This document shows, one piece after another, positions 1 to 8,274 of a DNA stretch of 20,706 nt. The position numbers were made by a program, and so were the translations under genes. Numbering within the stretch: the stretch's first letter is position 1; each line of letters opens with the position of its first letter. The notes under the pieces were generated by a model. That model did no database searches and was not told the origin of the DNA. It worked only from the letters and a program-made list of their open reading frames with translations. This stretch comes from Paramicrosporidium saccamoebae KSL3 (Eukaryota; Fungi; Cryptomycota), in assembly GCA_002794465.1 (NCBI GenBank), contig MTSL01000077.1, positions 28,466 through 49,171 on the forward strand, in the 5' to 3' direction.

Positions 1-24
1 AGTATTATCCCCACTACGCGACAG
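1..24 (+). repeat. Dispersed ~22-bp intergenic motif GTATTATC-N4-CTACGCGAC/T, copy 1
   Basis: 2-23 (gtattatccccactacgcgaca) is 22/22 identical to 14633-14654; 1-24 is 21/24 identical to 306-329. Related copies at 9079-9102 and, core only, on the minus strand near 20592-20600. Confidence 0.8.
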
Positions 25-305
25 TAAGAGGACTAATACATAACAAATCAAAACTTTGGCAAGCCTCTAATTCTAGCCTCACAAATTCTCTCAGTCCATA
101 GATATGCGTCGTGAAGGATTTTGATCAGTTGGGTATTTGAGGATAGTTGCCTAGTTTGGAGAAGACATATCTGGAATAATCGATTAAAGATAATGAGATC
201 TATAACTTTACCAATTTAGGATTATCACCTGTGAGACCTCAAAAGAGCTTACACATTTATAAGAGTTCCCTTGCCTCCCAAACAAATCGTAATGGCAAAG
301 TATGA

Positions 306-329
306 AGTATTATTTACACTACGCGACAG
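306..329 (+). repeat. Dispersed motif copy 2, ~80 bp upstream of the 408 ATG
   Basis: agtattatttacactacgcgacag versus agtattatccccactacgcgacag at 1-24. Confidence 0.75.
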
Positions 330-407
330 ATATGTACCATCTCATATGTGCTGCAACTATCAAATTCATGCTCGTGATAAAATATTTTTAATATTATTTG
401 AACAGAC

Positions 408-1958
408 ATGTTCAACATTGCTTACGTAATATGCTGGTTTTCTACCGCCCTCTGCTTGGTTATTAACTCCAGTGTTAGCGAACTTGTTCTTGGAAATGCA
501 CCGCATACAACACTTCACATACTTTTCTCAGCAGTTTGCAATCAAAATTTTGGCAAATTCCTTTCGAGATGGCTAGCGACGGACCTTGCGTCTGTACAGG
601 ACATTTACAACACTTCCTGTCAGCAGTGGACCGCTGAACACCTCCAGTGGATTATCCCTTTCGCACAAAACTCGCCACTGTATTTGAGGGATCTGCTCTT
701 CTCTTCAGCGTGCTTAAAAGCAGCTCCCAAAGACATTAATGTCTATGAGCACCTATCCCAGAGCATGATTCCGTTTAGATTGCGGAAAAGGTCGAAAGCC
801 TGGGATCAAAAGCTATGGGGAAGGCTGTTGGAATACTTGCCACCGGAATATTCGTCGTCATGGTGCAAATGGGCGCCTTTCCGAAATGAGAAATGGCTCA
901 AGTCTTTTGATCTTCCTTTTCATCTTTCGCTAGAGTGTCTCACTACTAAATATTCCAAAAGAGATTCGGTAATCAAATATACGATTGACCAGATTCCCAC
1001 AGTGCCAGCCTCGTCCTTGTCAAGACTCATAATCGAACTCGACAAAATCAAAGGAAGGACATTGCCTGGACTCCGAAAAGCTGTGCGTTATGCTGCATGC
1101 AACCCGACAGGAGAAACTCTTTTCCATAAACTGAATGAATGGGCTATTGGGTGTAGGCACCACGGCACTCTAAATAATGAAGGGATTTCGATGCTCGTTA
1201 AAAGGACCATGTTGCAGAGGGGAGAGTTGCTTATCCTTGCCTTGAGGCTGTTATTGAAAAAGCTGGGTATGAAAGAGACCAGTAGAAGGCTGAGGGAATT
1301 CACCAATCCTGGCCATGTAACGATGCCAAGATCGTTGCAGCTGGTAGCGCTTTATGGGGAAAATATGGACGAAACATTAGCAACTAGTCAAGAGTTTTTT
1401 TCATTCTTTAACATTGATCATGACGAATTCCTGCTTGAGAGAGTATCAAATAATTTCTGGGCGAGCAACATGGACCGGTTTTACGAAATGCCGTTGACGT
1501 GGAGACTGCGATACTATAGAAAGAATATGATATTCGGCGCAATGACCACCACAAGTGTGGAGCTTGACCAAACGTGTCCGACGCTTTACGCACTGGGAGT
1601 TTTCGGCTCTGAACAATCAATCCAAGAGGCCATCAAGCAAAAAGTATACTCAACCAACGGCATGTCCATAAGCACTGATTGCACTGGTGTTATCACTATA
1701 GACTCAATTGACAACGACAACTTGACACTGGATTCAATTCTTACCATGATGATCTACGGGCTAATTAGATTTGGCCGCTTTGTAGCGCTCCTCGATAGCA
1801 AGGTCTGTAGAGACCTACACGCCGATTCCGCACTGGCAAAATATTTGGGCGATGCCATTGATAGGACTCACAATGAATGGACTCTGGATTTTGTTTTTAG
1901 AGGGACTGATTTCTGTTCCCTGTTCTCGACGCAACATGCCATCAAAGGTGATCAATAA
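408..1958 (+). CDS. Hypothetical protein, 516 aa, apparently intronless, possible signal peptide
   Basis: Long uninterrupted ATG-initiated ORF with AT-rich flanks. Hydrophobic N-terminus (MFNIAYVICWFSTALCLVINS). No family motif recognised. Confidence 0.75.
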   Translation: MFNIAYVICWFSTALCLVINSSVSELVLGNAPHTTLHILFSAVCNQNFGKFLSRWLATDLASVQDIYNTSCQQWTAEHLQWIIPFAQNSPLYLRDLLFSSACLKAAPKDINVYEHLSQSMIPFRLRKRSKAWDQKLWGRLLEYLPPEYSSSWCKWAPFRNEKWLKSFDLPFHLSLECLTTKYSKRDSVIKYTIDQIPTVPASSLSRLIIELDKIKGRTLPGLRKAVRYAACNPTGETLFHKLNEWAIGCRHHGTLNNEGISMLVKRTMLQRGELLILALRLLLKKLGMKETSRRLREFTNPGHVTMPRSLQLVALYGENMDETLATSQEFFSFFNIDHDEFLLERVSNNFWASNMDRFYEMPLTWRLRYYRKNMIFGAMTTTSVELDQTCPTLYALGVFGSEQSIQEAIKQKVYSTNGMSISTDCTGVITIDSIDNDNLTLDSILTMMIYGLIRFGRFVALLDSKVCRDLHADSALAKYLGDAIDRTHNEWTLDFVFRGTDFCSLFSTQHAIKGDQ

Positions 1959-2085
1959 ATGATTGTACAAAAATATGAGTTTGTAATAGAGATTGTGGTA
2001 AAGATTAGAGTGTTTTGATCCATAAAATAGTTGTGGCAGCTCTTACCCAATCTTCTAGCTAATATATACGAAAGAGCATATTTTG

Positions 2086-2214
2086 CGGCTTCCAAAGACT
2101 TTAACTTTCACGGCTTCCAAAGACTTTAACTTTCACGGCCTCCAAAGACTTTAACTTTTACGGCTTCCAAAGACTTTATAACTTCCACAGCTTCCAAAGA
2201 CTCTATGGCTTTCA
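2086..2214. repeat. Minisatellite, ~5 copies of a 25-bp unit (cggcttccaaagactttaactttca)
   Basis: Copies at 2086, 2111, 2136, 2161 (27 nt) and 2188 (27 nt, degenerate); head-to-tail with no spacers. Confidence 0.95.
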
Positions 2215-2288
2215 CATCTTTCACGGATTTCACCGTTGCCACATTGTCCGCAAACTAAATTCAATGCACTTGCCGGGGTTGGGAATTG

Positions 2289-5200
2289 ATGGAGAACCTC
2301 GGGATATACCGGTGGGAAGCATTTGACACTAGTGCCCAATATTTATTGTGCGATGGGTCCGGAAACGTTTTGGTGGTCACCCAAGAGACAAAAGTCCAAA
2401 GACTAGGACAAAATATGCTGACCATTTCCCCTTCTTTGCCGAAGAATGATATTCTTAGTGGGCATGTGAGCTCCTTTGATAATTCCATCTTAATCTGCTA
2501 CGCAAACGGGGACCTTGTCCTCTGCATCGAGGAAGGCACAGACTTGTACACTAGTGAAGTGGTAGGCAGCATTCCTTCTGGAGTCGCTGCCTTTGCCGTC
2601 AGTCCAGATGGCGAACTCGTCTCTATAGTTTCTATCGTGGACTGCAAGGCAACACTAATCATTCTTTTGCGCTCGTCCTTGTCCATGGTGTGCGAGTTGA
2701 GGCTTGAAGATATTGGAGACACGAGTGAACACCAAGTGTCGGTGGGGTGGGGGAAAAAAGAGACTCAGTTCCATGGGTCTGCAGGAAAGCAAGCTGCACA
2801 ACAGGTCGCTATTAAAGAGGCTCTAACGGAAGAGGACGATGGGAAGCCCCGTTTGTCGTGGCGCAATGACAGTGCATTTTTTTCCTGCAGCTTGGTTGTA
2901 GAAGGTATACACGGGATGCATCGTCAGATTGTGGTTGTTGATAGAGAAGGCACAATTACTTCCATTAAAGAACCTATTGCAGGACTTGGACATGCACTGT
3001 CCTGGAGACGAGACGGCAGTTTGATTTCTGCTTCTCAGAGAAGCAGCGGAATGAACAAGATTGTGTTTTTTGAAAGAAATGGCTTAAAACATGGTGAATT
3101 TACGCTTTACGAGCACGGATGCTCCGTGCAAGACCTCAGTTGGAACTGTAATGGGACCATTCTAGCCGCCAGGATGAGTGATGGGAGAGTAGATCTTTGG
3201 ACTACCACTAATCATCATTGGTATTTGAAAAAGACTCTCCATGGATGTGGTGGGTTTTGGTGGAATGAGATCTATCCTCTAAAGTTTTCCTATACTAATG
3301 GCGATTTAATAGTATGTGAGCTGTTCAGGACCATTGACAGGTCTTTCTGTGACTTTGAAGATGACCTCTGCATGGTTGCAGTCATTGACGGATCACAACT
3401 CTTGCTGACGCCCTTTGGAAAGGCTAATATCCCGCCGCCAATGTCGTTTGCTCAAATTAATGTTGGATTTGTGCCAGACTGTGTTGCACTCTATTGCGCC
3501 GGTTCCAAGGGAAGACTCGTTGCTTCTGGAAGGGACGCTGCATTCTTGACATCCTTTTGCATCCAAAACGGAGCATTGGAATTCTCCGAAACGACGCTTT
3601 TGGAGTCTAAATTACCATTGCGACAAGTTTCCTTGACGCTGGAAAGTGTTTACGGTTTGAGTCAGTGCAACCGATTGTGTATTCTTAAAGATGGAATCAT
3701 TCAACCGTCAGGAGATGCAAGCTTTTATACATCGATTAGTTCTCGTGCATGTGGTGTGGTGCTGCTAGATTCCGAGGGCACTGCATTCTTACAAAATGAT
3801 GGCGCAATGGAGCAACTGGATAGCCACTACGACTGTACTCCATGGTTGAGCTGCTTCCAGGCCAAAGATCGTGTAATCACAGTAGGACGCACTGAAGATG
3901 ATCGGGTCATTGTTGATGGGACCGAACTGGCTGGCTGCACTTCATTCATTCTGCATCCTGAATTCCTTACCACCACGGACCGCGATGGAGTAGCTCGCTT
4001 TTATCCATTAAGCCGTGACCCCTCCGAATGGCTGTTGAACAAGTCCAATGGCGAGGAGATGATGCGACATACCGAGGGCGGTGCTATTTGTGTGGCTGTG
4101 ATCCCCAAGTCTGCTGCACTCGTAGTTCAAATGCCGAGAGGAAATTTGGAAACTGTCTTTCCCAGAGCGTTCGTCCTATCTCAGGTCAGGAGGTGTTTGA
4201 ATTCCTTGGCGTATCGGGACGCATTTCTTCTCTGTAGACGGCACCGTGTCGACCTCAACATTATCCATGACAACAATCCCGAGTTGTTCATGTCTACTAT
4301 TGGAAAGTTTGTGCAGGATGTGCAAGAGATAGATTATTTGAACCTTTTCATGTCCAGTCTCAACAGCGCAAACGTCTCGCTGACCCGTTACGGTGCATTC
4401 TCCGTGATCCAACCGACGGAAACGCCAGACAAGATAAACAATGTGTGCACTGTGCTTCGTCAAGAGTTTTTAAAAAACAATACCGCTGCCAAATTCGCAG
4501 AGTGCATAATGACGTCTTGGGTGTGTCAGTCTCCACCCGACTACCGTGCTGCTTTGCAAACCATTGTCGACCTGACCAGCTCTGATCCAACTGGAGTGGA
4601 AAAGGCACTCAAGTACCTAATCTTCCTGGTGCCGGCGGAGAAGCTGTACAAAGTTGCCCTCGGAATGTACAACCTCCCCTTGGCATTGTCGGTAGCACGG
4701 AGATCACAGATGGATCCATCCGAATACACTGTCCTTTTGGAAGAATTGCATACCATCGACTCACAAGAGTACCAAATGTATCGCATTGATGATTTCCTGC
4801 AAAATTACGATGCAGCTTTGATCCATTTAATAGAGTCTGAGGCAGACTTTCAGACATGTCTGTCTTATTGCGAGAGACATGAGTTATACAGGACTGCATT
4901 TTCACACTATACGTCAAAGGGAGAGTGGAGACTTGTTTGCAAGAGCTTTGCAGAATTCTTAATTAATGGGGAAAAATCTGATCAAGCAATTGACTTGCTT
5001 GCATTTTCAGGTGATACTGAGGAGGCGTGCAATGTTGCTATTAGGACAGGATTCTGGCAAAAAGTTGTCCAGCTTTCAAGTGCCGAGGATAGAGCTGAAA
5101 AGTGTCACCGTGTGGTCGCTACGCTGTGCCAACGGAAACGGTATGAGGAGGCCTTGAGGGTATCAGAATTGTACTGTGGCGGTTCCGATGCCCTGGAAAT

Positions 5201-5939
5201 AGCGATCCAGGGACATTTGTGGACAGACGCTGCTCGAATTGCTCATCACCACAATCTTGAAATGACAGCGGTGCTCCAAGTTGCCATGGATTCTCAACGG
5301 ACCATTTTGGAAGAATTGGCACAAGTTGTCGAATTGTTTGAAGAAAAGGCAGCGCGTCTTGAATTGGTTCAAACTCAACTTGTGGCTTCAATTGATCCTG
5401 CAAAGATTCGACAGGAACTTGAGAGGGCTGACGGGATGAGTGGTATTACCGATGGAATGTCGGAAATGTCTTTTAGGACAACCACCTCCTATGCCGGCTC
5501 ACAAATCTCTCAACTGTCCCGTGCCACAGGTTCACGAAGCAAGAAGAAGGCAGATCGTCAACGGATGAGGGGCAAGCCAGGATCGCCATTTGAGCGAGAG
5601 TACCTTCGCGACACTCTCAAGGACCATATTAGCCGCATAGTCTCTCTGCGTGCGTCATCTGTCAGCCTTGTGCATTTTCTGGCAAGCGAACAAAGATTTG
5701 ACGATGCCAGAACCCTGCAGACATCCTTTGACGCTGCATGCTTGATGATGAATGTGGCCACTGCAAAATTAAAGCGACTGGTTGATGTACAGGAGGAAAA
5801 GATGGGTCCTGAAATATTAGAGGCCTTGGGTCTATCGCCATGGTCTGTACCCTCGACGCTTCAAGTAAATCATACTTGGAAAAGCGCATTTGATTTACCC
5901 CCCAACTTTGGAAGCACCGGTCGTTTAGAATATTTATAA
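2289..5939 (+). CDS. ELP1: Elongator complex subunit 1 (IKI3/IKAP), 1216 aa from the ATG at 2289
   Basis: IKI3-family motifs WGKKETQFHGSAGK, IVFFERNGLKHGEF, WTTTNHHWYLKK, QMPRGNLETVFPR, ALGMYNLPLAL..RSQMDPSEY, and the C-terminal basic tRNA-binding segment KKKADRQRMRGKPGSPFEREYL. Confidence 0.97.
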   Translation: MENLGIYRWEAFDTSAQYLLCDGSGNVLVVTQETKVQRLGQNMLTISPSLPKNDILSGHVSSFDNSILICYANGDLVLCIEEGTDLYTSEVVGSIPSGVAAFAVSPDGELVSIVSIVDCKATLIILLRSSLSMVCELRLEDIGDTSEHQVSVGWGKKETQFHGSAGKQAAQQVAIKEALTEEDDGKPRLSWRNDSAFFSCSLVVEGIHGMHRQIVVVDREGTITSIKEPIAGLGHALSWRRDGSLISASQRSSGMNKIVFFERNGLKHGEFTLYEHGCSVQDLSWNCNGTILAARMSDGRVDLWTTTNHHWYLKKTLHGCGGFWWNEIYPLKFSYTNGDLIVCELFRTIDRSFCDFEDDLCMVAVIDGSQLLLTPFGKANIPPPMSFAQINVGFVPDCVALYCAGSKGRLVASGRDAAFLTSFCIQNGALEFSETTLLESKLPLRQVSLTLESVYGLSQCNRLCILKDGIIQPSGDASFYTSISSRACGVVLLDSEGTAFLQNDGAMEQLDSHYDCTPWLSCFQAKDRVITVGRTEDDRVIVDGTELAGCTSFILHPEFLTTTDRDGVARFYPLSRDPSEWLLNKSNGEEMMRHTEGGAICVAVIPKSAALVVQMPRGNLETVFPRAFVLSQVRRCLNSLAYRDAFLLCRRHRVDLNIIHDNNPELFMSTIGKFVQDVQEIDYLNLFMSSLNSANVSLTRYGAFSVIQPTETPDKINNVCTVLRQEFLKNNTAAKFAECIMTSWVCQSPPDYRAALQTIVDLTSSDPTGVEKALKYLIFLVPAEKLYKVALGMYNLPLALSVARRSQMDPSEYTVLLEELHTIDSQEYQMYRIDDFLQNYDAALIHLIESEADFQTCLSYCERHELYRTAFSHYTSKGEWRLVCKSFAEFLINGEKSDQAIDLLAFSGDTEEACNVAIRTGFWQKVVQLSSAEDRAEKCHRVVATLCQRKRYEEALRVSELYCGGSDALEIAIQGHLWTDAARIAHHHNLEMTAVLQVAMDSQRTILEELAQVVELFEEKAARLELVQTQLVASIDPAKIRQELERADGMSGITDGMSEMSFRTTTSYAGSQISQLSRATGSRSKKKADRQRMRGKPGSPFEREYLRDTLKDHISRIVSLRASSVSLVHFLASEQRFDDARTLQTSFDAACLMMNVATAKLKRLVDVQEEKMGPEILEALGLSPWSVPSTLQVNHTWKSAFDLPPNFGSTGRLEYL

Positions 5940-5951
5940 AAGCATCATTAA

Positions 5952-6001
5952 TGTGAGATTAGGAGTTGTGCTTTATTGTGAGATTGGGAGTTGTCATTTA
6001 T
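5952..6001. repeat. Two tandem 25-bp copies in the ELP1-MTR3 spacer
   Basis: tgtgagattaggagttgtgctttat (5952-5976) and tgtgagattgggagttgtcatttat (5977-6001), 22/25 identical. Confidence 0.85.
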
Positions 6002-6044
6002 TGGAATCCCCGGTCCGTTTTGCATTTGCAGTGTTTATCCGCTC

Positions 6045-6824
6045 ATGTCGTCTGCAAGTGTCGACCGACGGCGAAATGCCGGTCCGGATGTTAGCGTTCG
6101 ACCATTGCCATTGGAGAGTAAAGATACTTCTAGCACACTTGACGCAAATTATGTACGCCGAGACGGCAGATATCCAGAACAGCTGCGTCCCTATGTAATT
6201 ACTCCCGGGATTGTGACACGCGCACCTGGCTCAGTGTATGTCGAGGTGGGAAATACCAAAATAGTCTGTTCTGTATATGGACCACGAAGCGCCGGCTCAA
6301 GAACTGCAACAAAGAGTTTTCAAACTTTGGGAAACGTTTCCTGTGAGATAAACTACGCCCCGTTCAGTGGCCCACAACGCTGTCCCCATCCTCCCGAGAC
6401 TGAAGAGGAAGACTTGGCCTTGTTATTGCTGCAGGCAATTTGTCCAGCAATTAGACGGGACCTATTTCCCAACTCGTATCTTGACATTTTCGTCACAGTT
6501 CTAGAACGTGACGGATCCATTTTGCCCACAGCCATCACGGCGGCCTCCCTTGCGCTCCATCACTGTGGTATTGAGATGCTTGACACAGTCCTTGCCTGTA
6601 CTGCCGTTTACTCTGACGTGTGGGTAATGGATCCTACTAACAGGGAGGAAGTAGGGGCACGAGTCACCGTCTGCATGCTGCCCAACATAGATCAGGTGAC
6701 GCAGATTTGGGTGACGGGAAAAGTTCCATGTGAACAGCTAACTGAAGCTCTGGCTCTATGTGCCGATGCCACCAGAGCTCTCTATGATAATATGATCAAG
6801 CCAGTATTAGAGGCACTGCAATAA
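6045..6824 (+). CDS. MTR3: Exosome RNase PH-like subunit Mtr3/EXOSC6, 259 aa
   Basis: N-terminal DRRRNAGP is typical of Mtr3/EXOSC6. RNase PH motifs RRDGR..EQLRP, GSVYVEVGNTKIVCSVYGPR, YAPFS, IDIFVTVLERDG-like LDIFVTVLERDGS. ATG at 6045 preferred to the track's TTG at 5991. Confidence 0.88.
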   Translation: MSSASVDRRRNAGPDVSVRPLPLESKDTSSTLDANYVRRDGRYPEQLRPYVITPGIVTRAPGSVYVEVGNTKIVCSVYGPRSAGSRTATKSFQTLGNVSCEINYAPFSGPQRCPHPPETEEEDLALLLLQAICPAIRRDLFPNSYLDIFVTVLERDGSILPTAITAASLALHHCGIEMLDTVLACTAVYSDVWVMDPTNREEVGARVTVCMLPNIDQVTQIWVTGKVPCEQLTEALALCADATRALYDNMIKPVLEALQ

Positions 6825-7059
6825 AGGAGACTGTTAATAGCGGATACTGTTTAGCAGGATTTATTAGTGAGCGAGGGTGTAGGTTTCTTAAAGTATCTGG
6901 CGTCTTTATCCGCCATCTAGATGATACGTAGATCCTGTGTAGTAGAGATTTATTCTCTCATACATAAAATTTCGCGTCTATAGCAACGATCGGGGGTTTT
7001 GAATTATGATGGAATATTCTTTGCATATACCACGGGTTTTGCATCACTTTGTGATGCGA

Positions 7060-7503
7060 TCATAGCTTTGCGTGGAGAAACGGACTAGAGCGTCGTCCAC
7101 AGAACGATACCAATTCTAGAATCATCACCTGGGCACCTTCTTCGTATCGCTGTCCCTCGCTGACCATCACCTCTCTTACCATGTATGTGCCATTCTCTAA
7201 TCCGTCTGGTGCCTTCATCCGCATCGGCGCACTATCTGATTCATTTGGATCCTTCATCTGCATCAGCGCACTTTTGGATCCATTTGGCACTTTCGCTTCC
7301 ATCAATGATTTGTCCATATCTGTAAACATTGTATATCCGGATGCCCGCCTTGCGACTAGCAGCAGTTCGTTATTACGAACAATGTCACCCCGTTGAGTAA
7401 AGACTTGCTCCACGACTATTGGAGAATGCGCAGTGATTACCCAGAACTTTCCAGACGCAGAGACAACAGACGCAACAATAGTGACCAGTACGATAAAAAG
7501 CAT
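7060..7503 (-). CDS. Small predicted secreted protein, 147 aa, lipoyl/biotinyl-like barrel-sandwich pattern, ends in AKL
   Basis: Hydrophobic leader MLFIVLVTIVASVVSA. Half-motifs VVEQVFTQRGDIVRNNELLLV and APDG..GTYMVREVMVSEGQRYEEGAQVMILE resemble the two halves of the biotinyl/lipoyl fold. Paralogous to 7640-8006. Confidence 0.7.
   Translation of the reverse strand: MLFIVLVTIVASVVSASGKFWVITAHSPIVVEQVFTQRGDIVRNNELLLVARRASGYTMFTDMDKSLMEAKVPNGSKSALMQMKDPNESDSAPMRMKAPDGLENGTYMVREVMVSEGQRYEEGAQVMILELVSFCGRRSSPFLHAKL
7212..7289 (-). repeat. In-frame 39-bp tandem duplication within the 7060-7503 CDS
   Basis: 7212-7250 versus 7251-7289 are 31/39 identical; protein PNGSKSALMQMKD / PNESDSAPMRMKA. Confidence 0.85.
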
Positions 7504-7639
7504 GGCCCTGGCGATATGGCCTCGATTGTGTTATGTTGATTGGCCCACAGGTGCCACAAAAGTTGGTGCTCGCAATCGTGCTTCAGTTTCAAATTTATTG
7601 TTCATTGAATTAATGCACATCAATGGATTCTTGAGCTAT

Positions 7640-8006
7640 TCATAGTTTGCTACTGTGAACATGGGTATTGCTAAGGACAACCATCACCTCGTCTTGACAA
7701 AACTTTGCACCCTCATCGGGAAGAACTGTCACATGGTACAGCCCACCTGTTCTAGTGCTCCACCCATACGGCACTCTAATCACTAAAATCTCGTTCTTAT
7801 GTAGGACTTGTAGCAGTTTCATACCCGGGAAAATCTACCTCATGAATGAGAGCACAATTATCAATTATCACCTTGTCGCCGATGTTGGCGAGCCGGGCGG
7901 TGACTACTATATCGCCAGGAGCAGTGATGCGGTGTTCGACGCACTGTACCAGCAAGGCAAAAAATAGCGCAAAGAAGAGGTAAATATTCATAGCAGCCGA
8001 AGCCAT
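7640..8006 (-). pseudogene. Frameshifted paralog of 7060-7503 (or a 1-nt sequence error); ~121 aa when repaired, ends in SKL
   Basis: Track ORFs 7797-8006 (signal peptide plus first half-motif) and 7640-7822 (second half-motif) join in frame if one base is removed from the A4 run at 7830-7833, giving ...EVDFPGMKLLQVLHKNEILVIRVPYG... No in-frame 30-36-nt intron can be found. Confidence 0.6.
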
Positions 8007-8274
8007 GGAGGGGGCCCATTTAAAATGGCGCCATCTTGCAATTTAGCCTAATAAGGAAATCTGGGGGGGGATGGCACTTCTACGGACCAGAAATTCAAGT
8101 TTTTCATTTCCACCCCCACACCACATCTTTTCCATCCGCCAATAGTTACATTGTATATAGTCCCTACGCCTTCAACGCTGCAATCTCTAAACAATTTCCC
8201 TGGGCCCTGGACCCTGGTTCATGGTTCACGGTTATACTCTCTCTCAAATAGACATTTGTTTTGTGTTATCGTAA

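Noticed and set aside
2086-2214. CRISPR array (25-bp repeats; the 22-bp array at 20450 was considered too)
   Set aside because: Units are head-to-tail with no unique spacers, there are no cas genes, and the context is eukaryotic.
6968-6978. SCB/MCB-like ACGCGAAA on the minus strand
   Set aside because: Lies between two convergent 3' ends, so it is not in a promoter position; a single short match is expected by chance.
7060-7503. Bona fide biotin carboxyl carrier or lipoyl subunit
   Set aside because: No canonical EAMKM or (E/T)DKA motif at the hairpin, and it has a signal-peptide-like leader; only the fold pattern is supported.
7796-7838. 43-nt intron (GTAGAT...TAAG) that would repair the second paralog in frame
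   Set aside because: Outside the 30-36-nt range of all 23 other introns and it ends in AAG rather than YAG; not excluded, but a 1-nt indel is simpler.
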